Source of the DNA: Chloroflexota bacterium
GTDB lineage: Bacteria; Chloroflexota; Chloroflexia; QHBQ01
Direction: 5' to 3'
Assembly (NCBI GenBank): GCA_043754535.1
Contig: JAYUUN010000124.1
Span: forward strand, 6,454-70,453
DNA length: 64,000 bases
The notes beneath the pieces are model-generated. The model worked only from the letters and a program-made list of their open reading frames with translations. It did not search any database and was not told where the DNA came from. A program made the translations under genes and the position numbers. Shown here piece after piece: positions 19,711 through 29,271 of this stretch (positions are counted from its first letter, which is position 1; every line of letters begins with the position of its first letter).

Positions 19711-20973
19711 ATGCGCGAAGCAACCAGCACTGATTCGCCAGCAACTGGGCCAGCGATCAGTCGTGGTGAGAGCAATCTACTGCTGGTGCTAACCGCCCTT
19801 GGCGGAGCCTTGCTACTGGTAACTCTGCTACGCTACGCTCCAGTCAGCAGTGGCGACCAGTACATCTACCTGGCAGATGCCTGGTTGCATGGCCGCTTGA
19901 ACATCACCGGCCTGCCACCGCTAGTGGCCGACCAGATCAACTATGGCGGCAAGGTTTACATCCCCTTCGGCCCCTTCCCTGCCCTGCTCTCCATCCCTGC
20001 CTACCTGCTGTTCGGCTACCAGACTCACACCATGTACACGGCCTACCCGCTAGCTGCTCTTTCGGCCTGGCTACTCTGGCGCATCGGCGACCATCTGAAC
20101 GTAGAACGGCAGCGGCGGCAGTGGTTGCTGCTATTCTTCTTCTTTGGTAGCTCCTACCTCTACCCCTTGACCCATGAGGGTCCGTCGTTCCTGGCCCACG
20201 TCACCACGGTAGTTGTCAGCCTGGCGGCAATCCTAATCGTGGTGCGTAAGCCGCTGGCAAACGTAGGGGCAGCGGAGTGGTTGGCGGTGGGCTTGCTGCT
20301 AGGCGCGGCGGTGCTGTCGCGCTTCACCACTGGGCTGGGTGTCTTCTTCTTCATAGTGCTGATTTTCGCTGAGCGGCGCGGCTGGCGGTCAACCATCGTG
20401 CCGCTGGTCAGTGTGGGGGCGGGGCTGGCAGTAGGAGTGGTTATCTACTTCGCTTATAACTATGTGCGCTTTGGCTCCTTCACCGAGAGTGGCTTCAACT
20501 ACGCTCAGTTGACTACCCAGCAACTGCGCGATCAGCTAAAGGTCGGCCTCTTTAGCCTGGAACACCTGCCGACCAACCTCTACTATATGTTCGTCAAGGG
20601 CTTCGACCCCTGGCCGAGTGCGAACGCCACCACTCTGTCCTTCCCCTGGCTGGTACCCTCAATCCAGGGGACGAGCATCCTGATCGCCAGCCCTGCCATC
20701 GCTTACGTGCTGCGACCCCGCCTGCGTCAGCCGCTAGTGCTGGCTTGCTGGGCGGCGATCCTGCCCAGCTTCCTCACTATCATCCTCTACTACGCCAGTG
20801 GTCTACCCCAGTTTGGCTACCGCTACAGCCTCGACTTCATGCCCTTCGTAGCGGTGCTGCTGCTAGTGGCAGCCCACGACCACTTCAGCCGCCTGCAACG
20901 TGGCCTGATCGCTGCGGGGGTGCTGATCTGCGTGGTCGGCAACCTGCTGGTCAACTTCCAGCTTGGCTTTTAG
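19711..20973 (+). CDS. GT-C-like integral membrane glycosyltransferase (putative)
   Basis: About 11 TM helices; LADAWLHGRL..D...YIPFGPFPA loop, YNYVRFG and QFGYRYSLDFMP, typical of PMT/ArnT-like proteins. Confidence 0.65.
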   Translation: MREATSTDSPATGPAISRGESNLLLVLTALGGALLLVTLLRYAPVSSGDQYIYLADAWLHGRLNITGLPPLVADQINYGGKVYIPFGPFPALLSIPAYLLFGYQTHTMYTAYPLAALSAWLLWRIGDHLNVERQRRQWLLLFFFFGSSYLYPLTHEGPSFLAHVTTVVVSLAAILIVVRKPLANVGAAEWLAVGLLLGAAVLSRFTTGLGVFFFIVLIFAERRGWRSTIVPLVSVGAGLAVGVVIYFAYNYVRFGSFTESGFNYAQLTTQQLRDQLKVGLFSLEHLPTNLYYMFVKGFDPWPSANATTLSFPWLVPSIQGTSILIASPAIAYVLRPRLRQPLVLACWAAILPSFLTIILYYASGLPQFGYRYSLDFMPFVAVLLLVAAHDHFSRLQRGLIAAGVLICVVGNLLVNFQLGF

Positions 20974-22465
20974 GCTGCCAGTACGCTCCCAACAGATTGT
21001 TATCATCCCCTTCTTCTTGCTCTTGCTCGGCGCGGCTTGGGGGCTGGCGGTAGCCTTGCTGCACATTGGTTGGCCCTATAGCGTAGACTTCGGTGAGGGG
21101 CTAACCTTGACTGGTGCGCTGAAGATCGCGGGGGGCGGCCTGGGCGCGGGCTACGCCTACGTTGATCGCTACTACCAGGCTCCCCTGCTCGACTACCCCC
21201 CCCTCTATCCGCTGCTGGTCGCGGGCCTCTACAAACTGGGTGTACCATTGCTGGTCGCGGGCCGAGGGCTGGCGGTCGTAAGCTGCCTGGCGGTGGGGGG
21301 CATGGTTGGCCTGTTGGCGAAGCGTGAGGGAGCCACTCGCTGGCTGGTGGCCGCCTGTGTGCTGCTGCCACTGGGCGGCTACCCGTTCCTGATGTGGGCG
21401 GGGGTGGGGCGGATCGATGCGCTTGGTATCGCTCTCACTCTCGGTGGGTGCTACCTGGCGACGAGCAAGCAGGAGGCTTCGGCCAGGCTAAACTTGGTGG
21501 CCGCAGCCCTCTGCTTTGCCCTGGCAATCTTTACAAAGCAGAGCATGGTGGCGGCCCCGACTGCGGTCGTGCTGGCGGGCCTGAGCCTGGCAGGGGAGCG
21601 CAAGAGGGCTGTCTGGCTAGCGGGCCTGACAGGTGCATTCGCGGGGCTGCTGCTGCTGGCGATGCAAACAGCTACCGATGGCGCGTACCTGAACATCGTC
21701 ACCGCAGAGCGGAACGCAGCCTTCTCCAGCTTGCGGGCAGCACAGAACTACGCCGTGTTCGCGGGCATCTTTGCCGCCCTGGTGCTGCTAGCAGAGGTGG
21801 GCTGGTGGAGATTGCGGCGGGCAACAACGCTCGGCCAGCGAGCGATCTTCATCTACTGGCCCGCTGCCTGGCTGGTCGCTGCTACGGTCGGCAAGTTCGG
21901 CTCGGCAGAATACTACTTCATGGAGTTGCTAGCTGTCACTATCCTGCTGGCCGTGATCGGCTACACACAACCTGATCGCGCTAGCTGGTCGGGCTGGCGG
22001 CTGGCTGGCTTTAGCGGGGCGAGCCTGGCGCAGGCGGTGATGCTAGCGGCGGTAGTCGCTACAGGGCAGGGCATCGAGTTGCACGGCTTCCAGCGCGAAG
22101 CGGCAGCCCGGCAGGTGGTGGCAGCCTTGCAGTCTGCTGCCGGAGCCGACGTGTTCTGCGACGTGCCGGGGCTGCTGCTGGTGGCTGGGCGGGCCGATCA
22201 GGTGTATGATCGCTACATCCTGCGTCAGCTAACTCGTGCAGGCTTGCGCGATGATGCAGCGGAGGTAGCCGACCTACGCCGTAAACGCTGGGCCGTAGTC
22301 GTCCTCTCCTTTGACCCCTTCGCCAGCGATCCTGGTGGCGACTGGGACGCTGGCTCGTGGCCGCCCGACTTTCTCGCTGCCGTGCAACAAGGCTACCAGA
22401 CGGTGGCGATAGCTCAGGGCAAGGACGGCACGGCCCAATACTGGCTGCTGAAGCCACGTCAGTGA
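20963..22465 (+). CDS. ArnT/GT39-like GT-C membrane glycosyltransferase (putative)
   Basis: DFGEG loop, YPPLYPLL, GRIDALG and FTKQS, followed by a soluble C-terminal domain. Confidence 0.7.
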   Translation: MAFRLPVRSQQIVIIPFFLLLLGAAWGLAVALLHIGWPYSVDFGEGLTLTGALKIAGGGLGAGYAYVDRYYQAPLLDYPPLYPLLVAGLYKLGVPLLVAGRGLAVVSCLAVGGMVGLLAKREGATRWLVAACVLLPLGGYPFLMWAGVGRIDALGIALTLGGCYLATSKQEASARLNLVAAALCFALAIFTKQSMVAAPTAVVLAGLSLAGERKRAVWLAGLTGAFAGLLLLAMQTATDGAYLNIVTAERNAAFSSLRAAQNYAVFAGIFAALVLLAEVGWWRLRRATTLGQRAIFIYWPAAWLVAATVGKFGSAEYYFMELLAVTILLAVIGYTQPDRASWSGWRLAGFSGASLAQAVMLAAVVATGQGIELHGFQREAAARQVVAALQSAAGADVFCDVPGLLLVAGRADQVYDRYILRQLTRAGLRDDAAEVADLRRKRWAVVVLSFDPFASDPGGDWDAGSWPPDFLAAVQQGYQTVAIAQGKDGTAQYWLLKPRQ

Positions 22466-22649
22466 GCAAACCTGGGACGCATATTGTAAGTGATCACGGT
22501 TGCTCAGCAGCTAAAGCAGAAGCAGGAAGCGCATAAGCAGAGCAGTCGCGGTCAGGCTTGTCCTCTGCACCAACCCGGCGTGTTAGCCGTCTGGCTCCAG
22601 TTTGCACCAGCCGTTGCACCAAGCCGAGAGCCACAGTTACGCCCTCAGC

Positions 22650-22678
22650 TTGCTACCCCCTGCTATAGACGTTATAAT
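22650..22678 (+). promoter_or_regulatory. Putative sigma70 promoter of the radical SAM gene
   Basis: TTGCTA, 17 bp, TATAAT. Confidence 0.55.
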
Positions 22679-22766
22679 TAGGGGAACAGATTGGCTCTCC
22701 AGCAGATCACTGCATGAGGGGCGCAGAACCTTGCGCCCACTAAATTGGATTGGACAAAAGGGGTTC

Positions 22767-24617
22767 ATGGCAAAATACAATCAGACGAGTAAGAGCGCAA
22801 ACGAGCGCATCCAACGCCTGGCCGATGAGGTGGGGACGATCATCAAGAACTGGGGCGGGCGGATCAGTGTTGCGCTTGTTTTCCCCAACACCTATTATGT
22901 TGGTATGTCGAGCCTGGGTTATCAGGCGGTTTATGACCTGTTTAATGCCGAGAGTGACATCGTTTGCGAACGGGTCTTCCTGCCTGACTCTGCCGAGCAG
23001 CAGCCGGATTTGCCGCTGCCCATGCCGCGCTCGTTGGAGAGCAACCGCCCCCTGTCGGACTTCGACGTGGTGGCGGTCAGCGTCAGCTTCGAGCTTGACT
23101 ACTTCAACATCGTGCGTATCTTGCAGGCGGCGGGCATCCCCCTGATGAGCAAGGATCGGGATGGGCGGCAACCGCTGCTGGTCGTCGGGGGGGCGTGCGC
23201 GATTGACAACGCCGAGCCTATCGCGCCAATCTTCGACATCGTGGTTGTTGGCGAGGCCGAGGCTCTCTGGCCTCCTCTGCACGAGGCAATCCACGACCAC
23301 ATCTACGGCGACCGTGATGGGCTGCTCAAGGCGGCGGCCATGTCGCCCGGCCTCTACGTGCCTGCCTTCTACGACACCTGGTACAGCGAAGATGGACGCT
23401 TTGGCGGCATCAAGCCAAGCGCGAGCCATCCCCGGCCTGACATTGCGCTGCCAGTCAGCAGGCAGGGGGCGCGCAACCTCAACCAGTTTAGCACCCACTC
23501 GCGCGTACTGACCCGCAACACCGAGTTTGGCGACGCATACTTGATGGAAGTTGCTCGTGGCTGCGCGAGGGGTTGCCGCTTCTGCCTGGCTGGTTTCGCC
23601 TTCCTGCCCCAGCGCGACCGCCACGTACCCTTCCTGCTAGAGCAGGCGAAGGAGGGGCTGAAGTTCCGTGACAAGATCGGCCTGGTCGGGGCTAGTGTCT
23701 CCGATTATCGTTACATTGACGAACTGGTAACGGGCTTGCGCGCAATGGGGGCGCGGATCAGCATCTCCTCGATGCGGGCCGACAGCATGACCCCGACCCT
23801 CGTGCAGGCGTTGGTGGACAGCGGCGCACGCACGCTCACCTTCGCACCAGAGGCGGCCAGCGAACGGCTGCGGCGGGTGATCAACAAGCGACTAAGTTAC
23901 GACGAAGTGATGGCCTCAACCGACCTGTTGGGTAAAGCGGGGGTACGTAGCCTCAAGATGTACTTCATGATCGGCCTGCCCACCGAGGAGCAGCAGGATG
24001 TGGAGGAGATCGTCAGCCTCAGCCTGGCGGTCAAGAAGCGGATGGACGGCCTGCACCCTGGCAGCGAGATTCAGGTCAGCGTCACCCCCTTCGTGCCAAA
24101 GAGCCACACGCCATTCCAGTGGGGTGGGATGTACCCGCTGGACGACCTGGAGGACAAAGTTAAGTACCTGAAGAAGGAACTGCGCCAGAAGGGTGTCACC
24201 TTCAAGATCGAGTCGCCCAAGTGGGTGCGGGTGCAAGGAACGCTGGCGCGCGGCGACCGCCGCCTGGCCGCGGTGCTAGCCTACACCAACGGCACCGTCA
24301 ACCAGATCACCTGGGAGCGGGCGTTGGAGAAGTTTGGCATTGACCCGCTCTGGTACCTGGACGCTTACGCCGAGGGTGCGCCGCTGCCCTGGGGCCACAT
24401 TGAGAGTGGGGTGAGCTTCAGTTCGCTGGCTCGCCAATGGAACAAGGCGCAAGTGGAAGCCCGCGACTTCGTGACGATCAGCGAGTTCGCCCCCCGCAGC
24501 GAGATTCGCGCCCGCAGCGTCGCTCGTGAACAGGTCGCCACACCCAGCCTGCCAGTTGCCGTAATCGAGGATGAGGGGTTGCTAGGGGCGAAGGTGACGG
24601 TGGGCCACGACATCTAA
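22767..24617 (+). CDS. B12-binding-type radical SAM protein (TIGR03960-like)
   Basis: FPNTYYVGMSSLG, EVARGCARGCRFC (CxxxCxxC), APEAASERLR, KMYFMIGLPTE and FVPKSHTPFQW. ATG 22767 is preferred. Confidence 0.85.
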   Translation: MAKYNQTSKSANERIQRLADEVGTIIKNWGGRISVALVFPNTYYVGMSSLGYQAVYDLFNAESDIVCERVFLPDSAEQQPDLPLPMPRSLESNRPLSDFDVVAVSVSFELDYFNIVRILQAAGIPLMSKDRDGRQPLLVVGGACAIDNAEPIAPIFDIVVVGEAEALWPPLHEAIHDHIYGDRDGLLKAAAMSPGLYVPAFYDTWYSEDGRFGGIKPSASHPRPDIALPVSRQGARNLNQFSTHSRVLTRNTEFGDAYLMEVARGCARGCRFCLAGFAFLPQRDRHVPFLLEQAKEGLKFRDKIGLVGASVSDYRYIDELVTGLRAMGARISISSMRADSMTPTLVQALVDSGARTLTFAPEAASERLRRVINKRLSYDEVMASTDLLGKAGVRSLKMYFMIGLPTEEQQDVEEIVSLSLAVKKRMDGLHPGSEIQVSVTPFVPKSHTPFQWGGMYPLDDLEDKVKYLKKELRQKGVTFKIESPKWVRVQGTLARGDRRLAAVLAYTNGTVNQITWERALEKFGIDPLWYLDAYAEGAPLPWGHIESGVSFSSLARQWNKAQVEARDFVTISEFAPRSEIRARSVAREQVATPSLPVAVIEDEGLLGAKVTVGHDI

Positions 24618-24738
24618 CAGGGGCCATCCGCTCTACAAATTATGCCCAGACGGATCGTGGTTTGCGATACCGATGGGCAGACAGTGCGCGAGATTCGAGA
24701 GCTTGAACGTGAGTTTAGAACAGGGTTATGGTGAGTTG

Positions 24739-25878
24739 ATGAAAATCGGCATCAATGCCCAGCTACTCTCCTTTCGCGGCAACTACCGCCAGGCGGGGGT
24801 GAGCAAGTACATCCAGGCATTGATAGAGCAGTTTGCGGCTATCGACCAGCGCAATAGCTACCGGCTGTTCGTGCCGCCTGCCCCACGCCCGGTTGGCTTC
24901 GCCGCTGCGCCCAACTTCCGCTTCCACCAGAGCAAGCTGCCCACCGAGCGGCCACCCGTCCGCATCCTCTGGGAGCAGCTAGCCTTGCCAGCACAGAGTG
25001 GCGGGCTAGATGTGCTGCACTGCCCCGTCAACATCCGCCCGCTACTTGCCGCCTGCCCCACCGTCGTCACCATCCACGACCTGATCTACCTGATCTACGC
25101 CGACAAGCACAAGGCGGCCAAGCGCGGCTACCTCAGCCTGCTCACCGGCTGGTCTGTGCGCCACGCCAGCCACGTAATCGCCGTCTCAGAGAGTACCAAG
25201 CGCGACATAGTGCGCCTGCTGCACGTGCCAGCAGCGAAAATTACGGTGATCCATAATGGGGTGGATGAACGTTATCGCCCGCTACCAGCCAACGAGGTCG
25301 CAGCTTTTCGCAAGCGGCACGGGCTACCAGCCTGCTATGTCCTCTACGTTGGCACGCTGGAGCCGCGCAAGAACGTGCCAACCCTCCTCAAAGCCTTCGC
25401 CGCCATCTGCAACGGAGACGGCCTGGGCGATGTAAAGCTGGTGATTGGTGGGGCAAAGGGCTGGCTGGTGGATGACCTGCAACAGCAGCTTGCCAGCTAC
25501 GGCTTGAGCGGGGATCGCGTCCTCTTTCCTGGCTACCTTGACAACGAGGAACTACCCTTGTGGTATAATGGGGCTAGCCTGTTTGTCTACCCCTCCCTCT
25601 ATGAGGGCTTTGGCTTGCCGCCAGCCGAGGCAATGGCCTGTGGCGTGCCGACGATTGTGGCGAACAGCAGCAGTCTACCAGAGGTCGTTGGCGATGCAGG
25701 TTTGCTGGTTGCTCCCGACGACGTAGCCGCCCTCGGTGACGCGATGGCTGCGATCCTCAGCAGTCCATTGCTGGCTGCGAGGCTGGGCGAGGCAGGCCGT
25801 GAGCGCAGCCGCCGCTTTAGTTGGCGACGGACGGCAGAGCAAACGCTGGCGGTGTATGAGGCAGCGGCAAGGAAGTAG
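24739..25878 (+). CDS. Glycosyltransferase family 4 (WbaZ/MtfB-like)
   Basis: VVTIHDL, VSESTK, GTLEPRKN and YPSLYEGFGLPPAEAMACG. Confidence 0.92.
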   Translation: MKIGINAQLLSFRGNYRQAGVSKYIQALIEQFAAIDQRNSYRLFVPPAPRPVGFAAAPNFRFHQSKLPTERPPVRILWEQLALPAQSGGLDVLHCPVNIRPLLAACPTVVTIHDLIYLIYADKHKAAKRGYLSLLTGWSVRHASHVIAVSESTKRDIVRLLHVPAAKITVIHNGVDERYRPLPANEVAAFRKRHGLPACYVLYVGTLEPRKNVPTLLKAFAAICNGDGLGDVKLVIGGAKGWLVDDLQQQLASYGLSGDRVLFPGYLDNEELPLWYNGASLFVYPSLYEGFGLPPAEAMACGVPTIVANSSSLPEVVGDAGLLVAPDDVAALGDAMAAILSSPLLAARLGEAGRERSRRFSWRRTAEQTLAVYEAAARK

Positions 25879-25980
25879 AGGGCGCGGCAGCAGGAGGGGG
25901 CATAGAGTATTATAGCAACACCTCACCGTACGTGACCACTGGCAGTTGACTATTATGGATGCAACCGAAAGCTGTGTCAG

Positions 25981-26217
25981 CATGGGCGGATCGAGGGCGA
26001 GGTAGCCGAGGTGTTACGCCGAGAGCCAGACAACCTGCGCGCCCTCAACTTGTTGGCCCTGGCTCTCAGCAATCCAGGCCGCTCCGACGAGGCGGGTACG
26101 ATGCTGGCGCCCGCTAGCCAGCTTGAACCGGGTGATCAGATGACGGCGGAGAATGTGAAGAACCCCACCCTGCTGCGGCAGCGGGTGGGGGTGGTGCAGG
26201 AGGGTGGGCAAGCATGA
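25981..26217 (+). pseudogene. Remnant 3' end of a paralog of the downstream TPR membrane protein
   Basis: GRIEGEVAEVLRREPDNLRALNLLALALSNPGRSDEA aligns with KRIDLAEQEVKETLRFDPSNLRALNLIALILSRSGRYPEA at the C-terminus of 26214..28034. No good start or RBS; its stop overlaps the next ATG. Confidence 0.65.
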
Positions 26218-28034
26218 TTGACAGGAACCTGGACCCGGCAGAGATGACCCGCCTCGGCATCGCAGCGGCACGGGCTGGCCGCAAGGAGGAAGGGCGCAAC
26301 TATCTGCTGGCGGCAGTGGAGGCCGACGAGCGGCAGGAGCAGGCATGGCTCTGGCTGGGCGGCCTGGTTGAAGACCTCGACAACCAGATCATCTGCCTGG
26401 AGAATGCGCTTGACCTCAATCCCGGCAACGAGGCGGCCCAACGCAAGCTGGCCCAACTACGCGCGAAGCAGGGAACTGCCCCTGCCAACCAACCCCCTCC
26501 ACCCTCAATACCCCCTCCAGCAATAGCAGCTAGGCCCGCGCCCTCTGGCAGCACCCAGCCTGCTCCTTCACCTTTTGGCAGCACCCAGCCTGCCCCCTCA
26601 CCTTTTGGCGCGCAGCCACCTCCGTCGCCCTTCAGCCTGCCACCGTTGGCCGAGTTGCCTACGCAAGACCTGGCTAGCAGCGGTGGCCCAGCAGTAGTGG
26701 CTCGCCGCAACGAGGGACTAGACGAGGTGCGAAGGCTATTCGCGCAAGACCAGGCGGCGGGGCAGCCGGACTATCAGCCTCTCAGCAGCGGCGCGGCGGT
26801 AAGCGGCGGCTGGGGCAGCCAGCAAGGGACGGGGGCGACCGACCAGCTAGCCCCCACCTACACCCGCGAGATGAGCGAGGGCAACGACGCGCTCAACTAC
26901 TCGCCCTTCAGCCAGCGCGAGGGGGCAGGCGGCAGCAACGGCAGTAGCTTGCGTCAAGCTGCCTACAGCTACGACTATGCGGGCGAGGAGGCTGTCCCCA
27001 CCTACAGCACTGGCGGGGAGGCGGCCCACTACGCCGGGGCTGGCGAGGCCGAACTGAGAGAGGAGATGGCGGAGAAGTCGGTAGATGAGCGGCTGGAATG
27101 CCCCTACTGTGGTTGGGTGACACAGATCAGTGATGAAATCTGCCCCAACTGCAAGGGCGACCTCTACGTGGAGTATCGCACGCGGGAAGGGCGGTCGTTC
27201 TCGATCAAGCTGCTAGCTGTGTTCTGGTTGATCGAAGCGGGCCTCTCCGCCCTGACCTTCCTCGGCAGCTACTTGCTGATGAACATGATGAAGAGCATAA
27301 GTAGCCAGCTACCAGGTCTCCAGTATCAACAGGCACAGACAGTGCAACGCTCCTTCATCATCCTGGCGGTAGTCTTTGGCATCCAGATCGTGATCAGCCT
27401 AGGCATGATGATTGGCACCCTGCTGCGGGTCAGGGTGTTCTACTATCTGAACATTGGTGCAGTGGTGCTATCGGTGTGCAGTACGCTGGTCACCTTCTTC
27501 CTGGCTGGGGCGCGGGATGTGACTGCCATGGTGGTCGGCATGGTGATCAACGCTATCATCTTCTACCTGATTACTAACAGCGAAGACGATTTCGTCCCTC
27601 AGCGGCGGCGGGTGATCGCCCCAGACAGCCCGGCAGGCCGCACCCCTATTGACCACTACAATGCCGGGGCTACCTACCAGCAGGCGGGCTACACCGCGCT
27701 GGCGGCGAAGGAGTGGCGCAGGGCAGTGGGCGGCTCGCCAGCCAACCCACAGTTCCGCCTGACCCTGGCGAGTGCCTATATGCAGATGAAACGCATCGAC
27801 CTGGCTGAGCAGGAGGTGAAGGAAACCTTGCGCTTCGACCCCAGCAACCTGCGGGCCCTCAACCTGATCGCCCTGATCCTCAGTCGCAGCGGTCGCTACC
27901 CAGAGGCCGAGCGTTACATCCAGACGGCCCTGCAAATCAAACCGGGTGAAGAACTGACGCTGGCGACCCAGAAGACAATTGAGCAGGAGATGGCGCGGGA
28001 GTCGAAGCGTGACGCAAAGAAGGTGAAGGTTTGA
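26214..28034 (+). CDS. TPR + Pro-rich + zinc-ribbon + 4-TM + TPR membrane protein
   Basis: N-terminal TPR (AWLWL...CLENALDLNPGN), CPYC..CPNC, four hydrophobic helices and C-terminal TPRs. Confidence 0.8.
   Translation: MIDRNLDPAEMTRLGIAAARAGRKEEGRNYLLAAVEADERQEQAWLWLGGLVEDLDNQIICLENALDLNPGNEAAQRKLAQLRAKQGTAPANQPPPPSIPPPAIAARPAPSGSTQPAPSPFGSTQPAPSPFGAQPPPSPFSLPPLAELPTQDLASSGGPAVVARRNEGLDEVRRLFAQDQAAGQPDYQPLSSGAAVSGGWGSQQGTGATDQLAPTYTREMSEGNDALNYSPFSQREGAGGSNGSSLRQAAYSYDYAGEEAVPTYSTGGEAAHYAGAGEAELREEMAEKSVDERLECPYCGWVTQISDEICPNCKGDLYVEYRTREGRSFSIKLLAVFWLIEAGLSALTFLGSYLLMNMMKSISSQLPGLQYQQAQTVQRSFIILAVVFGIQIVISLGMMIGTLLRVRVFYYLNIGAVVLSVCSTLVTFFLAGARDVTAMVVGMVINAIIFYLITNSEDDFVPQRRRVIAPDSPAGRTPIDHYNAGATYQQAGYTALAAKEWRRAVGGSPANPQFRLTLASAYMQMKRIDLAEQEVKETLRFDPSNLRALNLIALILSRSGRYPEAERYIQTALQIKPGEELTLATQKTIEQEMARESKRDAKKVKV
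26547..26609 (+). repeat. 30-bp tandem duplication (GSTQPAPSPF x2)
   Basis: GCACCCAGCCTGCTCCTTCACCTTTTGGC at 26551 is repeated at 26581 with 2 substitutions. Confidence 0.85.
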
Positions 28035-28573
28035 TGAGCAAAGAACCAGAGGGGCGGGTAAGCAGCCGCAAGAGTGGTGAAGGAGCGGTTGCGCCCAACG
28101 AACTCGATCTGATCAGCCACAGCCTGGAGCAGACGCAGCGGATCGGGGCGCGGCTAGCGGCCTTTGTGCAGGCAGGCGACGTGCTGCTGCTGGAGGGGCA
28201 GCTTGGGGCGGGCAAGACGGCCTTTACCCAGGGGGTTGCGGCGGGGCTGGGCATCAACGACTACGTGAACAGCCCCACCTTCGTGATCATCAGCGAGTAC
28301 CCAACTGGGCGGCTACCGCTCTACCACATAGACCTCTACCGCTTCGACGACCCTCGCCAGGCGATAGCGATTGGCCTGGAAGACTACCTGCCAGAGCCAG
28401 AGGGGGTGACAGTGGTTGAGTGGCCGGAGCGGGCGATGGACTTCATGCCGCCTGACCACCTGCGTGTCCGCATCGCCTACCTGAGCGACAGCAAGCGCAC
28501 GATCCGCCTGCACGCTGAGGGCGGCAGCCACCTCGAATTGCTCAACGCCTTCAAGCAGGAGAACTTCGCATGA
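28034..28573 (+). CDS. tsaE: tRNA threonylcarbamoyladenosine biosynthesis ATPase TsaE
   Basis: GQLGAGKT, VNSPTF, YHIDLYR and VVEWPE. Confidence 0.95.
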   Translation: MSKEPEGRVSSRKSGEGAVAPNELDLISHSLEQTQRIGARLAAFVQAGDVLLLEGQLGAGKTAFTQGVAAGLGINDYVNSPTFVIISEYPTGRLPLYHIDLYRFDDPRQAIAIGLEDYLPEPEGVTVVEWPERAMDFMPPDHLRVRIAYLSDSKRTIRLHAEGGSHLELLNAFKQENFA

Positions 28574-29271
28574 CCATGCTGGCGATTGACACCGCTACCG
28601 ACTTCGCTGGGGTAGCCTTCTACGACGCGAATGGCGTGTTGGGCGAGCAGTCGTGGCGGTCGCATCGGGGGCAGACGGCGCAGTTGGTGCCAGTGCTGCA
28701 AGGGCTGATGGGCTATCTGCACCTGAAGCCGGGCGACCTGAGCGCGCTAGCAGTGAGCAGCGGCCCCGGCAGCTTCAACAGCCTGCGGGTCGGCCTGGGG
28801 ACGGCGAAGGCGATGGCGGTCGCCCTGCAAGTGCCACTCTATGGCATTAGCAGCCTGGATGCACTGGCCTGGATGCACGCGGCGGTCAGCAGTCGGCTGA
28901 CGGTCTGGGCGACGCTGGCGGCAGGTCGCAGCCGTCTGGCCGTTGCCGCCTACAAGACGGGCGGCAAGGGGACACCTGACTGGCGGCGGACGACGGAGTA
29001 CCGCAACGTAGACATAGCCGAGTTCTGCACCCTAATCACTACTCCCGCCTACCTGTGCGGCGAGTTGACCGCCGCCATGCAGCGCGAGATTGCCGAGCGG
29101 GTACCAGACCTGGTGACGTTCGCCAGCCCTGCCGCCAGCTTCCGCCGCCCTAGCTACCTGGCCGAGCTAGCCTGGCGGCGCAAGCAAGAGGGTGACCTGG
29201 GCGACAATATCGCCGACCTGCAAGCGATCTATCTCGCCAGCCCCAGCCCCAGTACTGCTAGGCGGGGCTAG
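28570..29271 (+). CDS. tsaB: t6A biosynthesis protein TsaB
   Basis: LAIDTAT, GPGSFNSLRVG and SSLDAL; follows tsaE. Confidence 0.92.
   Translation: MTMLAIDTATDFAGVAFYDANGVLGEQSWRSHRGQTAQLVPVLQGLMGYLHLKPGDLSALAVSSGPGSFNSLRVGLGTAKAMAVALQVPLYGISSLDALAWMHAAVSSRLTVWATLAAGRSRLAVAAYKTGGKGTPDWRRTTEYRNVDIAEFCTLITTPAYLCGELTAAMQREIAERVPDLVTFASPAASFRRPSYLAELAWRRKQEGDLGDNIADLQAIYLASPSPSTARRG

Noticed and set aside
22490-22766. Small ORF 22490..22681 and the long N-terminal extension of the radical SAM ORF from 22602
   Set aside because: Both overlap a good sigma70 promoter and lack RBS support or motifs; ATG 22767 fits better.
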